Below the pieces are notes generated by a model that was given only the letters and a program-made list of their open reading frames with translations, was not told the origin of the DNA and made no database searches. From contig JBLIKQ010000001.1 in assembly GCA_047635475.1 (NCBI GenBank), forward strand, positions 7,818 to 71,817: 64,000 nt of DNA, given 5' to 3'. The first letter of the stretch is position 1. Every line of letters starts with the position of its first letter. The position numbers were made by a program, and so were the translations under genes. The DNA is from Porticoccaceae bacterium. GTDB taxonomy: Bacteria > Bacteroidota > Bacteroidia > Flavobacteriales > Flavobacteriaceae. This document shows, piece after piece, positions 39,909 through 49,223 of this stretch.

Positions 39909-40781
39909 ATGAATAAAACAACATTATCACCTATAATAGCGGGTACCATGAATTGGGGGGTTTGGGATAAAAACCTCACTTCAAAGGAAATGGAAAACAT
40001 GATTCACGTTTGCGTAGAAAACAATATAACTAGCTTTGACCACGCCGATATTTATGGTTCATACACCACCGAAGCAGATTTTGGAAAAGGATTTGCCTCG
40101 AGCAAAATAGCGAGAGAGAAAATGCAATTAATATCTAAATGCGGCATCCAAATGCCTTCAGAAAACAGGAACAACAGCATCAAGCATTACGACTATTCCA
40201 AATCCCATATTATCGAGTCCGTTGAACAATCGCTAAAGAATCTGCAAACTGATTATTTAGACGTATTTTTACTACACAGGCCGAATCCGTTGATGCAAGC
40301 AGATGAAATTGCAGAAGCGGTTGAACAACTGAAATCTGAAGGGAAAATTATCGATTTTGGGCTTTCAAATTTCAGCTCTTCACAGACGGAATTGCTTCGT
40401 CAAAAAACAGAAATAAGCTACAATCAAGTCCAGTTTTCGGCAACTAATTTCGAACCGATGCTCGACGGAAGTTTTGACTATATGCAAATGCATGATATTA
40501 GGCCCATGTCTTGGAATCCATTAGGTTGCGTTTTTAGGAAAGATATTCCGCAAACGCACCGATTAAAAAAACTATTGGCGACATTAGTATCCAAATACCA
40601 CTTAGGTTCTGATACGATTTTGCTTTCTTGGGTTTTAAAACACCCATCAAAAGTAATTCCAATTGCAGGAACCGTAAATGTGGCTCGAATACAATCATTA
40701 ATGAAAGCAATAGACCTAGAACTCGAAAAAGAAGACTGGTTTGCTATTTGGTCGGAAAGTATGGGTAAGGATGTGCCTTGA
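39909..40781 (+). CDS. Aldo/keto reductase (YdhF-like)
   Basis: FDHADIYG, ISKCG, LLHRP, GLSNF. Confidence 0.92.
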   Translation: MNKTTLSPIIAGTMNWGVWDKNLTSKEMENMIHVCVENNITSFDHADIYGSYTTEADFGKGFASSKIAREKMQLISKCGIQMPSENRNNSIKHYDYSKSHIIESVEQSLKNLQTDYLDVFLLHRPNPLMQADEIAEAVEQLKSEGKIIDFGLSNFSSSQTELLRQKTEISYNQVQFSATNFEPMLDGSFDYMQMHDIRPMSWNPLGCVFRKDIPQTHRLKKLLATLVSKYHLGSDTILLSWVLKHPSKVIPIAGTVNVARIQSLMKAIDLELEKEDWFAIWSESMGKDVP

Positions 40782-40886
40782 GTTCAGTGTTTGATTTTGA
40801 ATTGAATTACCCACTGACAGAGCTCAAATTATTTTACATTACTCTGATTTATACGATAAGAAACGATCTAAACAAAAACACAAACT

Positions 40887-41639
40887 ATGAATAAAACAGT
40901 CCTAATAACTGGTGCCACCAGTGGAATTGGTAAAGCAACAGCTGAACTATTGGCTAAAAATAACTATAAAATCATCCTTTGCGGACGACGAGAAGACCGA
41001 CTGGCTGAGATTGAAGCTGAGCTTTCCAAATTGACCGAAGTGCACACTTTACAATTTGATGTTCGTGATAAGAAAGCGGTTTCAGAACAAATTAATTCTT
41101 TGCCTGAAGCTTTCTCCAAGATCGACATTCTGGTTAACAATGCTGGTAACGCACATGGTTTAGACCCCATTCAAAATGGAGATATAGACGATTGGGATTC
41201 CATGATTGACATCAATGTAAAAGGACTTTTATATGTTTCTAAAGCCATCATCCCTCAGATGATCGAAAGAAAATCAGGACATATTATCAACATCGGTTCC
41301 ACTGCCGCAAAAGAAGTGTATCCAAATGGAAACGTCTATTGTGCCACAAAACATGCCGTAGATGCTTTGAATCAAGGAATGCGTATGGATCTGAACCCGT
41401 TTGGAATAAGGGTTGGTGCAATTCATCCTGGAATGGTGCAAACTGAATTTAGTGAGGTGCGTTTTAAAGGCGATACTGACAGGGCGTCAAATGTATATAA
41501 AGGTTTCGATCCCTTGCAGCCTGAGGATATTGCTGACATCATTCATTTTGTAGTTTCCAGACCTTATCACATTAATATTGCCGATTTGGTGGTTATGAGT
41601 ACTGCCCAAGCGTCATCCACTATTGTGAAAAAAAATTAA
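40887..41639 (+). CDS. SDR family oxidoreductase (YdfG-like)
   Basis: TGATSGIG, NNAG, YCATK, PGMVQTEFS. Confidence 0.93.
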   Translation: MNKTVLITGATSGIGKATAELLAKNNYKIILCGRREDRLAEIEAELSKLTEVHTLQFDVRDKKAVSEQINSLPEAFSKIDILVNNAGNAHGLDPIQNGDIDDWDSMIDINVKGLLYVSKAIIPQMIERKSGHIINIGSTAAKEVYPNGNVYCATKHAVDALNQGMRMDLNPFGIRVGAIHPGMVQTEFSEVRFKGDTDRASNVYKGFDPLQPEDIADIIHFVVSRPYHINIADLVVMSTAQASSTIVKKN

Positions 41640-41707
41640 ATGCAAAACTTAAAATTACTCCCTTAGAGCAATGAAAGAAGGAAGTTAGTTTTGTAAATGA
41701 TACTGAC

Positions 41708-41738
41708 AAAAAAACAGCTGCAATACAGCTGTTTTTTT
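41708..41738. terminator. Bidirectional intrinsic terminator
   Basis: A7-CAGCTG-CAATA-CAGCTG-T7. Confidence 0.75.
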
Positions 41739-41759
41739 ATTTCTAATTTAAATTATTTT

Positions 41760-42571
41760 AAAACTAACGTTTGACTACCCATATCCGTAATTAAATCATT
41801 AACTAAAACCAGAATCTCAATTTTTCTTGCTGAATTTGATGCAGGATCTAAAGTTACAGTTTAAGTACCCGTATGGACACCGCTTAAAAGACTCCCCGTT
41901 TATAAGTTCATTTACGAAGAAATGGTTCCGCCTGGCACTAGTATGGATCCTAAAACTGCAAAATCAAATGGAAATGGAGAAGTAACCGCTTCTTTAGCGC
42001 AGCCTGATGTCGCCGTTGTTGACTGCCTGATTACGGGGTGAAGATGATAATTTTCAGAATCCTCTGACTGAACAACTGAATTTTTCATGACAAAATCCAA
42101 CATAAACTCATAGGTAGCGCCAGCAATTAAAGTTTATTTACTTTTCAATTTGAGTCCTAATTGCTGAGCGCTTGGCGTTTACAAATCATATGTCTTATCC
42201 CTACAACAATCTTATTTTTTATCACCGAGAAACAAACAAATTTGGCCTAGTTCTCCTTAAGGAACTAAATTATAAACTAATAAAACATTTACGCCCGCTC
42301 TTAAATCTAATAAATTATTAACTTTATCCAGCCCAACTTGCAAAGCGTTTCCTTTGCTTAGCCAGCCGTGATTATCCGTTTCTGAATTGTCCTTTATCAA
42401 AGCATCCAGCACTGCTAAATTCACTTCGTCATAATCCGCAGGAGCACCCATCATTCGAACGCTAATCCCTGAATTTACTGACGTATCGTTATTTCTTTGA
42501 CATGCTGTGCGGAACAATCCCGTCGATACAGCAGTAAAAAAAACTCTCAAGTAAAATTTTATCTTTTTAAT
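41760..42571 (-). pseudogene. DUF4382-family lipoprotein, heavily degraded pseudogene
   Basis: Fragments in several frames: ..TAC lipobox, GAPADYDEVNL, NLLDL.AGV, GELGQI, TPSAQQLGLKLK, TYEFMLDF, YHLHPVIR. The start codon reads ATT and there are several stops and frameshifts. The 3' end is approximate. Confidence 0.8.
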
Positions 42572-42683
42572 AATTATCGATTATTAAAATTAGTACATTA
42601 ACACTCCAAAAGATGTACAAATTTATGAGTAATAAAAGTGTCTATAATTTTTTTTAAAACGCATTTCATAATTAATTATTCCC

Positions 42684-43823
42684 ATGATCAACAAACGTCT
42701 TTTAATTAAAAATCTGCTAGCCTACAATGATGAGTGCAGTTTCTACGATAAAAAACGTCAACTGAATTTGCACACTCGCGAAGGAAAAGCAAAGTTTTTG
42801 AAACATATTTGCGCACTATCAAATTCTAATCCTGCAAATAATTCCTATATCGTCGTGGGAGTAGAAGACCAAGACAACGAAATTGTGGGCGACGACTTTT
42901 TTGACGACAGTCACATTCAGAATTTGGTCAATGCCTATCTCGAAAATCCACCAAAAATCCAATACGAAAATGTCCCTTTTCCTAATTTACCAAAAGACAA
43001 GGTGGTAGGACTGGTGACAATAAAACCGAAAAAAAACAGCTCTTTTTTTAAAAAAGGAATTCATACCATCACTGCCGGCAGTATTTTTGTTAGGCGGGGC
43101 AGCAATACTACACCTACGGAGAGTAACATTGTAAAGAGTTATCAAAATGTAGAAACCGTGATAGGTATTGAAAACGGCTCCAGGAATAACATCGAATATA
43201 CCCTGGATGGCGTTTTTGACTTCATAAACTTTCGCCATAAAGACATGGCCCCCAAATACAAAGTGTTCAAAGAATTATTTATCATTTGTTGGGCTGGAAC
43301 TCCCAAAAGAGTACGTGGTAAAATATTTTTGTCACGTGTTGACATTGAACTCATCAATGAACAAGTAAAATTGTTCTATTCAGCACAAGATGTCGTTGCA
43401 ATTAATTATGACGAAGATTCTTTTACGATTATTGAATATGTCCCATTAGGATTGAATGACAAAACTAGTCTTTACCCCTTAGAGAAGCAAACCATTTATT
43501 TTTTCGAGAATGGTTATTATAAGATTGAAAGCGAAATGCTTTTTCAGCCCCCAGAATTCAATCGTAAAATGCTTTACCATATTTACAACTCTAATATCAC
43601 CTTATTAAAAAAATTGCGAAAAAATCAGGAATTGACAGAACGAGAACATAAAGATCTAGAAAATTTACCTTCAACTTTTATGATTTGTTACCTTAACGGA
43701 TTTGATGATGCAAAGAAAAAACTCATCGAAGCGAAACCATTATTGAAACCATATCCACAAATATATTTGTCGTTCAAGGAAGCCATGCGGATTTTGAGAA
43801 AAATGAAATATGACCTGCAGTAA
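42684..43823 (+). CDS. Schlafen/AlbA_2 domain protein with Flavobacteria-type C-terminal domain (DUF5929-like)
   Basis: ECSFYDKK..ICALSNSNP..YIVVGVED..IVG and FVRRGSNT, matching the AlbA_2 pattern. Confidence 0.8.
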   Translation: MINKRLLIKNLLAYNDECSFYDKKRQLNLHTREGKAKFLKHICALSNSNPANNSYIVVGVEDQDNEIVGDDFFDDSHIQNLVNAYLENPPKIQYENVPFPNLPKDKVVGLVTIKPKKNSSFFKKGIHTITAGSIFVRRGSNTTPTESNIVKSYQNVETVIGIENGSRNNIEYTLDGVFDFINFRHKDMAPKYKVFKELFIICWAGTPKRVRGKIFLSRVDIELINEQVKLFYSAQDVVAINYDEDSFTIIEYVPLGLNDKTSLYPLEKQTIYFFENGYYKIESEMLFQPPEFNRKMLYHIYNSNITLLKKLRKNQELTEREHKDLENLPSTFMICYLNGFDDAKKKLIEAKPLLKPYPQIYLSFKEAMRILRKMKYDLQ

Positions 43824-44213
43824 GCGGTCATTAACCTTTTAAAGGCAATTATAGTTGTTAATTATCTAGCATCAAACAATTATTATAATTAAGTTATATG
43901 ATCAACAGCCTAATTATATCAACAATAGATACTACATGAGCATCTTAACCAAACAATAAGTCATTTATAAAGCTACATATCAATTGAATAACTAAAAGTG
44001 AAAAAGCGATAATTGCATTCATTTCTCTGTCGTTTTAATTTTTTCTTAAAGTTAAGCTTAATTTTCATTCTAATCAATCACTAAAACTGGGTATTTTTTT
44101 GGCTGTTTTATTATCGCTTCTATACAAAATGCTCGATGCCTCGGATACACAAAAGATCGCCAAGAAGAATTGCATTCTGTGCCCTTGCTAATTGAAGTAG
44201 TTTTTTTCTAACC

Positions 44214-44541
44214 GCGTTGCAAACGCTACGATTAATCTTTTTATTTAAGTAGGTACTCGTCGCAGACGCACACCAGAAAATATCGGCAAACGAGAGCCAG
44301 TAAGACGATAGTCGGACGGACGAAGTAAATTTATAATTTCTACTCATAGATACTATCTTTTAAAATAATCCAAAACATAGGAGTTTTTGCTATAACCTCA
44401 CGTACCATACGAAAGGATTCGTGCGAGAGCGGGGGCTAACTTTTTTGGCATTACTGCGCGATCGGATAACTGTTCTAAATTGTAACCCGATCGCGCAGGA
44501 ATACCAAAACCCCAAACGTTAGCGCAGGTATTCGCCTGTGC
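44214..44541. repeat. Cluster of GC-rich REP-like hairpins
   Basis: GCGTT-GCA-AACGC 44214-44226; GGTACTCGTC-GCA-GACGCACACC 44252-44274; 44397-44429; long IR 44443-44509 with a perfect 12-bp core CTGCGCGATCGG/CCGATCGCGCAG; GCGCAGG-TATTCG-CCTGTGC 44522-44541. Confidence 0.65.
44327..44347 (-). mobile_element. 5' stub of a REP-associated tyrosine transposase (MSRNYKF)
   Basis: ATG AGT AGA AAT TAT AAA TTT matches the N-terminus I recall for Bacteroidota RAYT/Y1 transposases; similarity ends after 7 codons. Confidence 0.5.
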
Positions 44542-44553
44542 CCACAAAGATTG

Positions 44554-44668
44554 TGAAAATAAATCTAATAAAATAACTTCCAAATCGTTATCTAAACTGG
44601 CATAATTTCTAGCAGAACTGAAAATAATAATCTTCTGCTAAAGTAACAATTCTATCTTTTACAGGATT
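44554..44668 (-). mobile_element. 3' remnant of a REP-associated tyrosine transposase (frameshifted)
   Basis: NPVKDRIVTLAEDYYF(+1 T)SSARNYASLDNDLEVILLDLF matches the NPV..DY.(F/Y)SSARNY C-terminal motif of Y1/RAYT enzymes. Confidence 0.75.
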
Positions 44669-44951
44669 AGCAGAGGTGACTTTTGAGAGCTCTTTGACAG
44701 TATTATAAATTCAGTCTGAACCTTGTTTAAATTGCGGCTTTATCTAAGCAAGTTCATGAAGCTAGAACCTAATCCAACAAACTAATTAACCGCTAATTGA
44801 TAGGTTCTTGCACAAATCGAACTGTTTTACACTCTTTACTGTTGAAAAAACTAATTAAAGTTCTTGCGTACTAACTCTTTTGTCTATTTTTATAGAATAA
44901 AATAAGACAGCGTTTAAGCTGTTTTAAAAAATCCTATTGAGAAAACACCAA

Positions 44952-45677
44952 ATGAGAACATTAGTTATAGGTGACATACACGGTGGCTTGCGTGCACTGC
45001 ACCAAATTATGGAAAGAGCGAAGGTAACTCCGCAGGATAGCTTGATTTTTTTAGGCGATTATGTAGATGGCTGGAGCCAATCCCCGCAGGTAATCGATTA
45101 TCTTATTCAATTAAAAACAACCAATAATTGCATTTTTATTCGTGGCAACCACGATGAATTATTATTGCATTGGCTCAAAGACAGTAAAGACAATCCGCTG
45201 TGGTATAAACACGGGGGAGAAGCAACGGTTTTAGCTTATGAAGACGTGGATGAAAACACAAAGCAACTGCACATCAACTTCCTATTATCTTTACAAGATT
45301 ATCATCTTGACGAAAAGAACCGTCTGTTTGTTCATGCCGGATTTACCAATATGAACGGTGTAACTTATGAATTTTACCCAAAACTGTTTTATTGGGATAG
45401 AACTCTCTGGGAAACTGCGTTAGCTTTAGATCGAAGTATTAAACCCAATGATTTATTGTATCCCAAACGCTTAACTTTGTACGATGAGATTTACATTGGA
45501 CATACGCCAGTAACTAGAATAGGGAAAACGGAACCTTTGCAAATGGCTTGTGTCTGGAATGTGGATACCGGAGCGGCTTTTAAAGGGCCTTTAACTATTA
45601 TGGACGTGGACACAAAAGAGTTTTGGCAAAGCGAACCCTTAAACAAGTTATATTTTGACGAAAAAGGCAGAAACTAA
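44952..45677 (+). CDS. Calcineurin-like metallophosphoesterase (PPP Ser/Thr phosphatase family)
   Basis: GDIHG, GDYVD, RGNHD, FVHAG, GHTP, VDTGA. Confidence 0.93.
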   Translation: MRTLVIGDIHGGLRALHQIMERAKVTPQDSLIFLGDYVDGWSQSPQVIDYLIQLKTTNNCIFIRGNHDELLLHWLKDSKDNPLWYKHGGEATVLAYEDVDENTKQLHINFLLSLQDYHLDEKNRLFVHAGFTNMNGVTYEFYPKLFYWDRTLWETALALDRSIKPNDLLYPKRLTLYDEIYIGHTPVTRIGKTEPLQMACVWNVDTGAAFKGPLTIMDVDTKEFWQSEPLNKLYFDEKGRN

Positions 45678-45714
45678 AAAAAACCGCTTCAATTTTTACT
45701 GAAGCGGTTTTTTT
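45676..45714. terminator. Bidirectional intrinsic terminator
   Basis: A8-CCGCTTCA..TGAAGCGG-T7 between convergent genes. Confidence 0.85.
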
Positions 45715-45731
45715 AGTTTTAATTCTGTTTA

Positions 45732-47285
45732 TTACAAATCAAATTTTATTCCTTGTGACAAAGGTAAACTTGTAGTGTAATTAATCGTATTGGTTTGTCT
45801 TCTCATGTACACTTTCCATGCATCAGAACCAGACTCACGTCCGCCACCCGTATCTTTTTCTCCTCCAAAAGCACCGCCGATTTCAGCACCAGATGTCCCA
45901 ATATTTACATTGGCAATCCCGCAATCTGAACCAGTAACAGATAAGAATAATTCTGCTTCACGCAAGTTATTAGTCATGATCGCAGAAGATAATCCCTGCG
46001 CCACTCCGTTTTGGACTGCGATCGCATCTTCCACCGTTCCTGAATATTTCAACAAATATAATACAGGTGCAAAAGTTTCATGCTGTACAATTTCAAACGT
46101 GTTGTCCGCCTCAGCAATTGCTGGTTTCACATAACAGCCACTCTCGTAACCTTCACCAGAAAGAATACCGCCTTCAACAAGGATTTTACCGCCCTCAGCA
46201 ACTACTTTTTCTAAAGCTTTACTATACATTTCAACTGCATGGTTGTCTATTAGCGGACCAACATGGTTGTTTTCGTCTAAAGGATTTCCTATGCGTAATT
46301 GTTTGTATGCTGAAACAATCGCTTCTTTAACTTTATCGTAAATACTTTCGTGAATGATTATACGACGTGTCGAGGTACAACGTTGTCCAGCAGTTCCTAC
46401 TGCACCAAAAACTGCACCAATAACAGTCATTTTTATATCAGCATCCGGAGTCACGATAATCGCATTGTTTCCGCCTAGTTCTAGTAATGATTTACCTAAA
46501 CGGCCAGCAACAGTTTGTGCCACAATTTTTCCCATACGAGTAGAACCCGTTGCAGAAATTAAAGGAACACGTTTATCACTAGTCATCATTTCTCCCACTT
46601 TATAGTCTCCGTTGATTAAACAAGAAATTCCTTCTGGAAGGTTATTTTCCTTGATTACCTCGGCAATAATGTTCTGACAAGCAATTCCACACAAGGGTGT
46701 TTTCTCTGATGGTTTCCAAACACAAACATCACCACAAACCCAAGCCAAAGCGGTATTCCAAGCCCAAACGGCTACTGGAAAGTTAAAAGCTGAAATGATC
46801 CCAACAGTTCCCATTGGATGGTATTGTTCATACATTCTGTGTCCTGGACGTTCAGAATGCATCGTTAATCCATGTAATTGCCGAGAAAGGCCCACTGCAA
46901 AATCACAGATGTCAATCATTTCCTGAACTTCTCCGTATCCTTCTTGTAAAGATTTCCCCATTTCATAAGAAACCAGCTTTCCTAATGCTTCTTTATTTTT
47001 ACGTAATTTCTCTCCAAATTGACGCACAATTTCACCACGTTGTGGCGCTGGCATCGTTCTAAATGTTTTGAAAGCTTCTGTTGCCGATTGCATTACCTTT
47101 TCGTAATCGGCAGCTGTTGAAGTTCTCACTTTCGCTATCAATTGTCCGTCGACAGGTGAATAACTTTCTAAGATTTCTCCATTTGAAAAGTGATTTAAAC
47201 CTGTTGAAGTACCTTCATTTATATCCTTTATGCCCAACTGAGCCAAAGCCTCTTTCATTCCGAATTGATTTGCTATTGTTGTCAT
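45732..47285 (-). CDS. amaB: ALDH7-family aldehyde dehydrogenase (L-piperideine-6-carboxylate/aminoadipate-semialdehyde dehydrogenase)
   Basis: GEVQEMIDICDFAVGLSRQL, AFNFPVAVWAWN, LELGGNN, GQRCT, GAEIGGAFGGEK. Confidence 0.88.
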   Translation of the reverse strand: MTTIANQFGMKEALAQLGIKDINEGTSTGLNHFSNGEILESYSPVDGQLIAKVRTSTAADYEKVMQSATEAFKTFRTMPAPQRGEIVRQFGEKLRKNKEALGKLVSYEMGKSLQEGYGEVQEMIDICDFAVGLSRQLHGLTMHSERPGHRMYEQYHPMGTVGIISAFNFPVAVWAWNTALAWVCGDVCVWKPSEKTPLCGIACQNIIAEVIKENNLPEGISCLINGDYKVGEMMTSDKRVPLISATGSTRMGKIVAQTVAGRLGKSLLELGGNNAIIVTPDADIKMTVIGAVFGAVGTAGQRCTSTRRIIIHESIYDKVKEAIVSAYKQLRIGNPLDENNHVGPLIDNHAVEMYSKALEKVVAEGGKILVEGGILSGEGYESGCYVKPAIAEADNTFEIVQHETFAPVLYLLKYSGTVEDAIAVQNGVAQGLSSAIMTNNLREAELFLSVTGSDCGIANVNIGTSGAEIGGAFGGEKDTGGGRESGSDAWKVYMRRQTNTINYTTSLPLSQGIKFDL

Positions 47286-47490
47286 TGTAACTTTTTTAGT
47301 TAAAATTGTTATATTTTTTTGTAAAGATATTATTTCGAGTTGAATTTATATCGCATAAGTTTGTTAAAATCTCACCAAAATTATGGCAATTTGATGATTT
47401 ACAATTGATTTAGCAAATAAAAGCTTCCATTTAAAAAGAAGCACCTAAATTTATATCCTGAAAACAATTCCTACTGACACACTATAATTC

Positions 47491-48450
47491 ATGATACTTT
47501 TTAAAACTTTCTGGATTTCATTGATTTTAATATCGATAAACACATCTGCCCAAAAATTACAAGAAACAGCTTTCCAAGTTGTTCCTTTGGGCATAAAAGG
47601 AGGCCTTGACGAGAAAAACCTTTCTGCCTATTTATTAGCCCCGATAAACACTACTGATTTTATTTGCCTTGATGCTGGAACAATACATGCTGGAATTGAA
47701 AAAGCGATAGAGAATAACGTTTTCAAAATTTCCTCTGAAGCAGTTTTAAAAAAATACATAAAAGCCTATTTAATATCCCATGCTCATTTAGATCATGTTG
47801 CAGGCTTAATTATTAACTCGCCTGCCGATTCTTCAAAAACGGTTTACGCAACAAATAACTGCATGGAAATGATGCAAAAACATTATTTTAACGGAGAAAC
47901 TTGGGCAAATTTTGGAGATGAAGGAAATGGATTTCAAATAAAAAAATATCATTTTCAAAGATTAAATCACCGAGAAGAAACAGCAATTGCCAATACAACA
48001 ATGATCGTAAAAGCTTTTCCCCTAAGTCATGTTACCCCTTTTGAAAGTGCCGCTTTTTTAATTAAAAATAAGGATGCTTATGTCTTATACCTTGGCGATA
48101 CCGGTCCAGATCATATTGAAAAAAGCAATAAATTAAAATTGCTATGGACCGAAATCGCTCCCCTAATTAAAAACGGAAAATTAAAAGGAATCTTTATTGA
48201 GGTTTCGTTTCCTGACGAGCAACCAGACTCCCTTTTATTTGGACATTTGACTCCCAACTACCTCCTAAAAGAGCTTCATTCCTTAAGTGAACTTACAGGG
48301 AAAAATGCTTTGAAAGCTTTTAAAATCATCATCACCCATATGAAACCGCCGACTGAAAATTTCTTAAAAATTAAAGCGCAGTTAAAAAGACAAAATGATT
48401 TGGATCTGGAATTGATTTTTCCTGAACAGGGCATAAAATTTGAACTATAG
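47491..48450 (+). CDS. Class II 3',5'-cyclic-nucleotide phosphodiesterase (MBL fold), secreted
   Basis: Signal peptide ending AQ, LGIKGGLDEKNLSAYL, LDAGT, SHAHLDH, GDTGPD, IEVSFPD..LFGHLTP, THMKP. Confidence 0.88.
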   Translation: MILFKTFWISLILISINTSAQKLQETAFQVVPLGIKGGLDEKNLSAYLLAPINTTDFICLDAGTIHAGIEKAIENNVFKISSEAVLKKYIKAYLISHAHLDHVAGLIINSPADSSKTVYATNNCMEMMQKHYFNGETWANFGDEGNGFQIKKYHFQRLNHREETAIANTTMIVKAFPLSHVTPFESAAFLIKNKDAYVLYLGDTGPDHIEKSNKLKLLWTEIAPLIKNGKLKGIFIEVSFPDEQPDSLLFGHLTPNYLLKELHSLSELTGKNALKAFKIIITHMKPPTENFLKIKAQLKRQNDLDLELIFPEQGIKFEL

Positions 48451-48469
48451 TTTATTATTACAATAGCCA

Positions 48470-48548
48470 TAGCCCCGGTAGAAGCGGCATCCTTTTGTGC
48501 TCGTCACGGCGAGTACTAAAGATACAGCGGATGAAGGAATTAGCTTCT
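48470..48548 (+). ncRNA. Flavo-1-like structured repeat/ncRNA, copy 2
   Basis: TAGCCCCGGTAGAAGCGGCATCCTTTT-[GTGCTCG..CGAGTAC hairpin]-AAAGATACAGCGGATGAAGGAATTAGCTTC; same frame as the 28077 copy with a different central hairpin. Confidence 0.6.
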
Positions 48549-48556
48549 AATCAAAA

Positions 48557-49096
48557 TTATTTTTTACCCATAAACCTAGAGTCGGTATCCATTACCGTCC
48601 CGCATTTTTCGCAGGTTCTTAGCGCCAACGAATTATAGAAGTGTTCGAAATGGGGAATGAAATCTTTTTCGATATTGTTTAATTCAAAATATACCTCATG
48701 TAATTTATGATTGCAGTTATCACAATACCAGAGCAAGCCGTCCGTAAATCCTTTTCCGGCTCTTTTGCGCTCGATTACCAAACCAATCGAGCCTTCGGAA
48801 CGAACTGGAGAATGCGGCATTTTTGCCTGATGTAAATACATATCACCAGGATGCAATTCGAGTTCTTTTCGCTCCCCATCTTCTTGAACAATTACTTTTA
48901 TAGCACCTTCTAGTTGATAAAACAACTCTTCGGTTTCATTGTAATGAAAATCTTTTCGGGCATTGGGACCCGCAACAACCATAACGATATAATCACCAGA
49001 GTCTATATACAAGTTTTTATTTCCTACAGGGGGTTTGAGTAAATGTCGGTTTTCGTCAATCCAATTATTCAAGTTAAAAGGTGCCACTATTGCCAT
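48557..49096 (-). CDS. nbaC: 3-hydroxyanthranilate 3,4-dioxygenase
   Basis: LKPPVGNK, GPNARKDFH, EELFYQ, PHSP, CDNC..CEKC rubredoxin-like site. Confidence 0.95.
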   Translation of the reverse strand: MAIVAPFNLNNWIDENRHLLKPPVGNKNLYIDSGDYIVMVVAGPNARKDFHYNETEELFYQLEGAIKVIVQEDGERKELELHPGDMYLHQAKMPHSPVRSEGSIGLVIERKRAGKGFTDGLLWYCDNCNHKLHEVYFELNNIEKDFIPHFEHFYNSLALRTCEKCGTVMDTDSRFMGKK

Positions 49097-49223
49097 CTTC
49101 GTCGAGTTATTTAGTTTATGATTCGCTAAGTTACTAAAAAGCAGCTCGCCTTGAAGTTTATAAACTCATAAAGTCTAGCAAAGAGTATTACTATTCCCTT
49201 TAACTCTTACCTTTATAATAGTT

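Noticed and set aside
44120-44583. ORFs 44120-44347 and 44398-44583 as real genes
   Set aside because: Only their first few codons resemble transposase; the rest is read-through into hairpin repeats
43824-44936. CRISPR array, tRNA or riboswitch in the long intergenic region
   Set aside because: No regularly spaced identical repeats, no cloverleaf and no riboswitch consensus that I recognise
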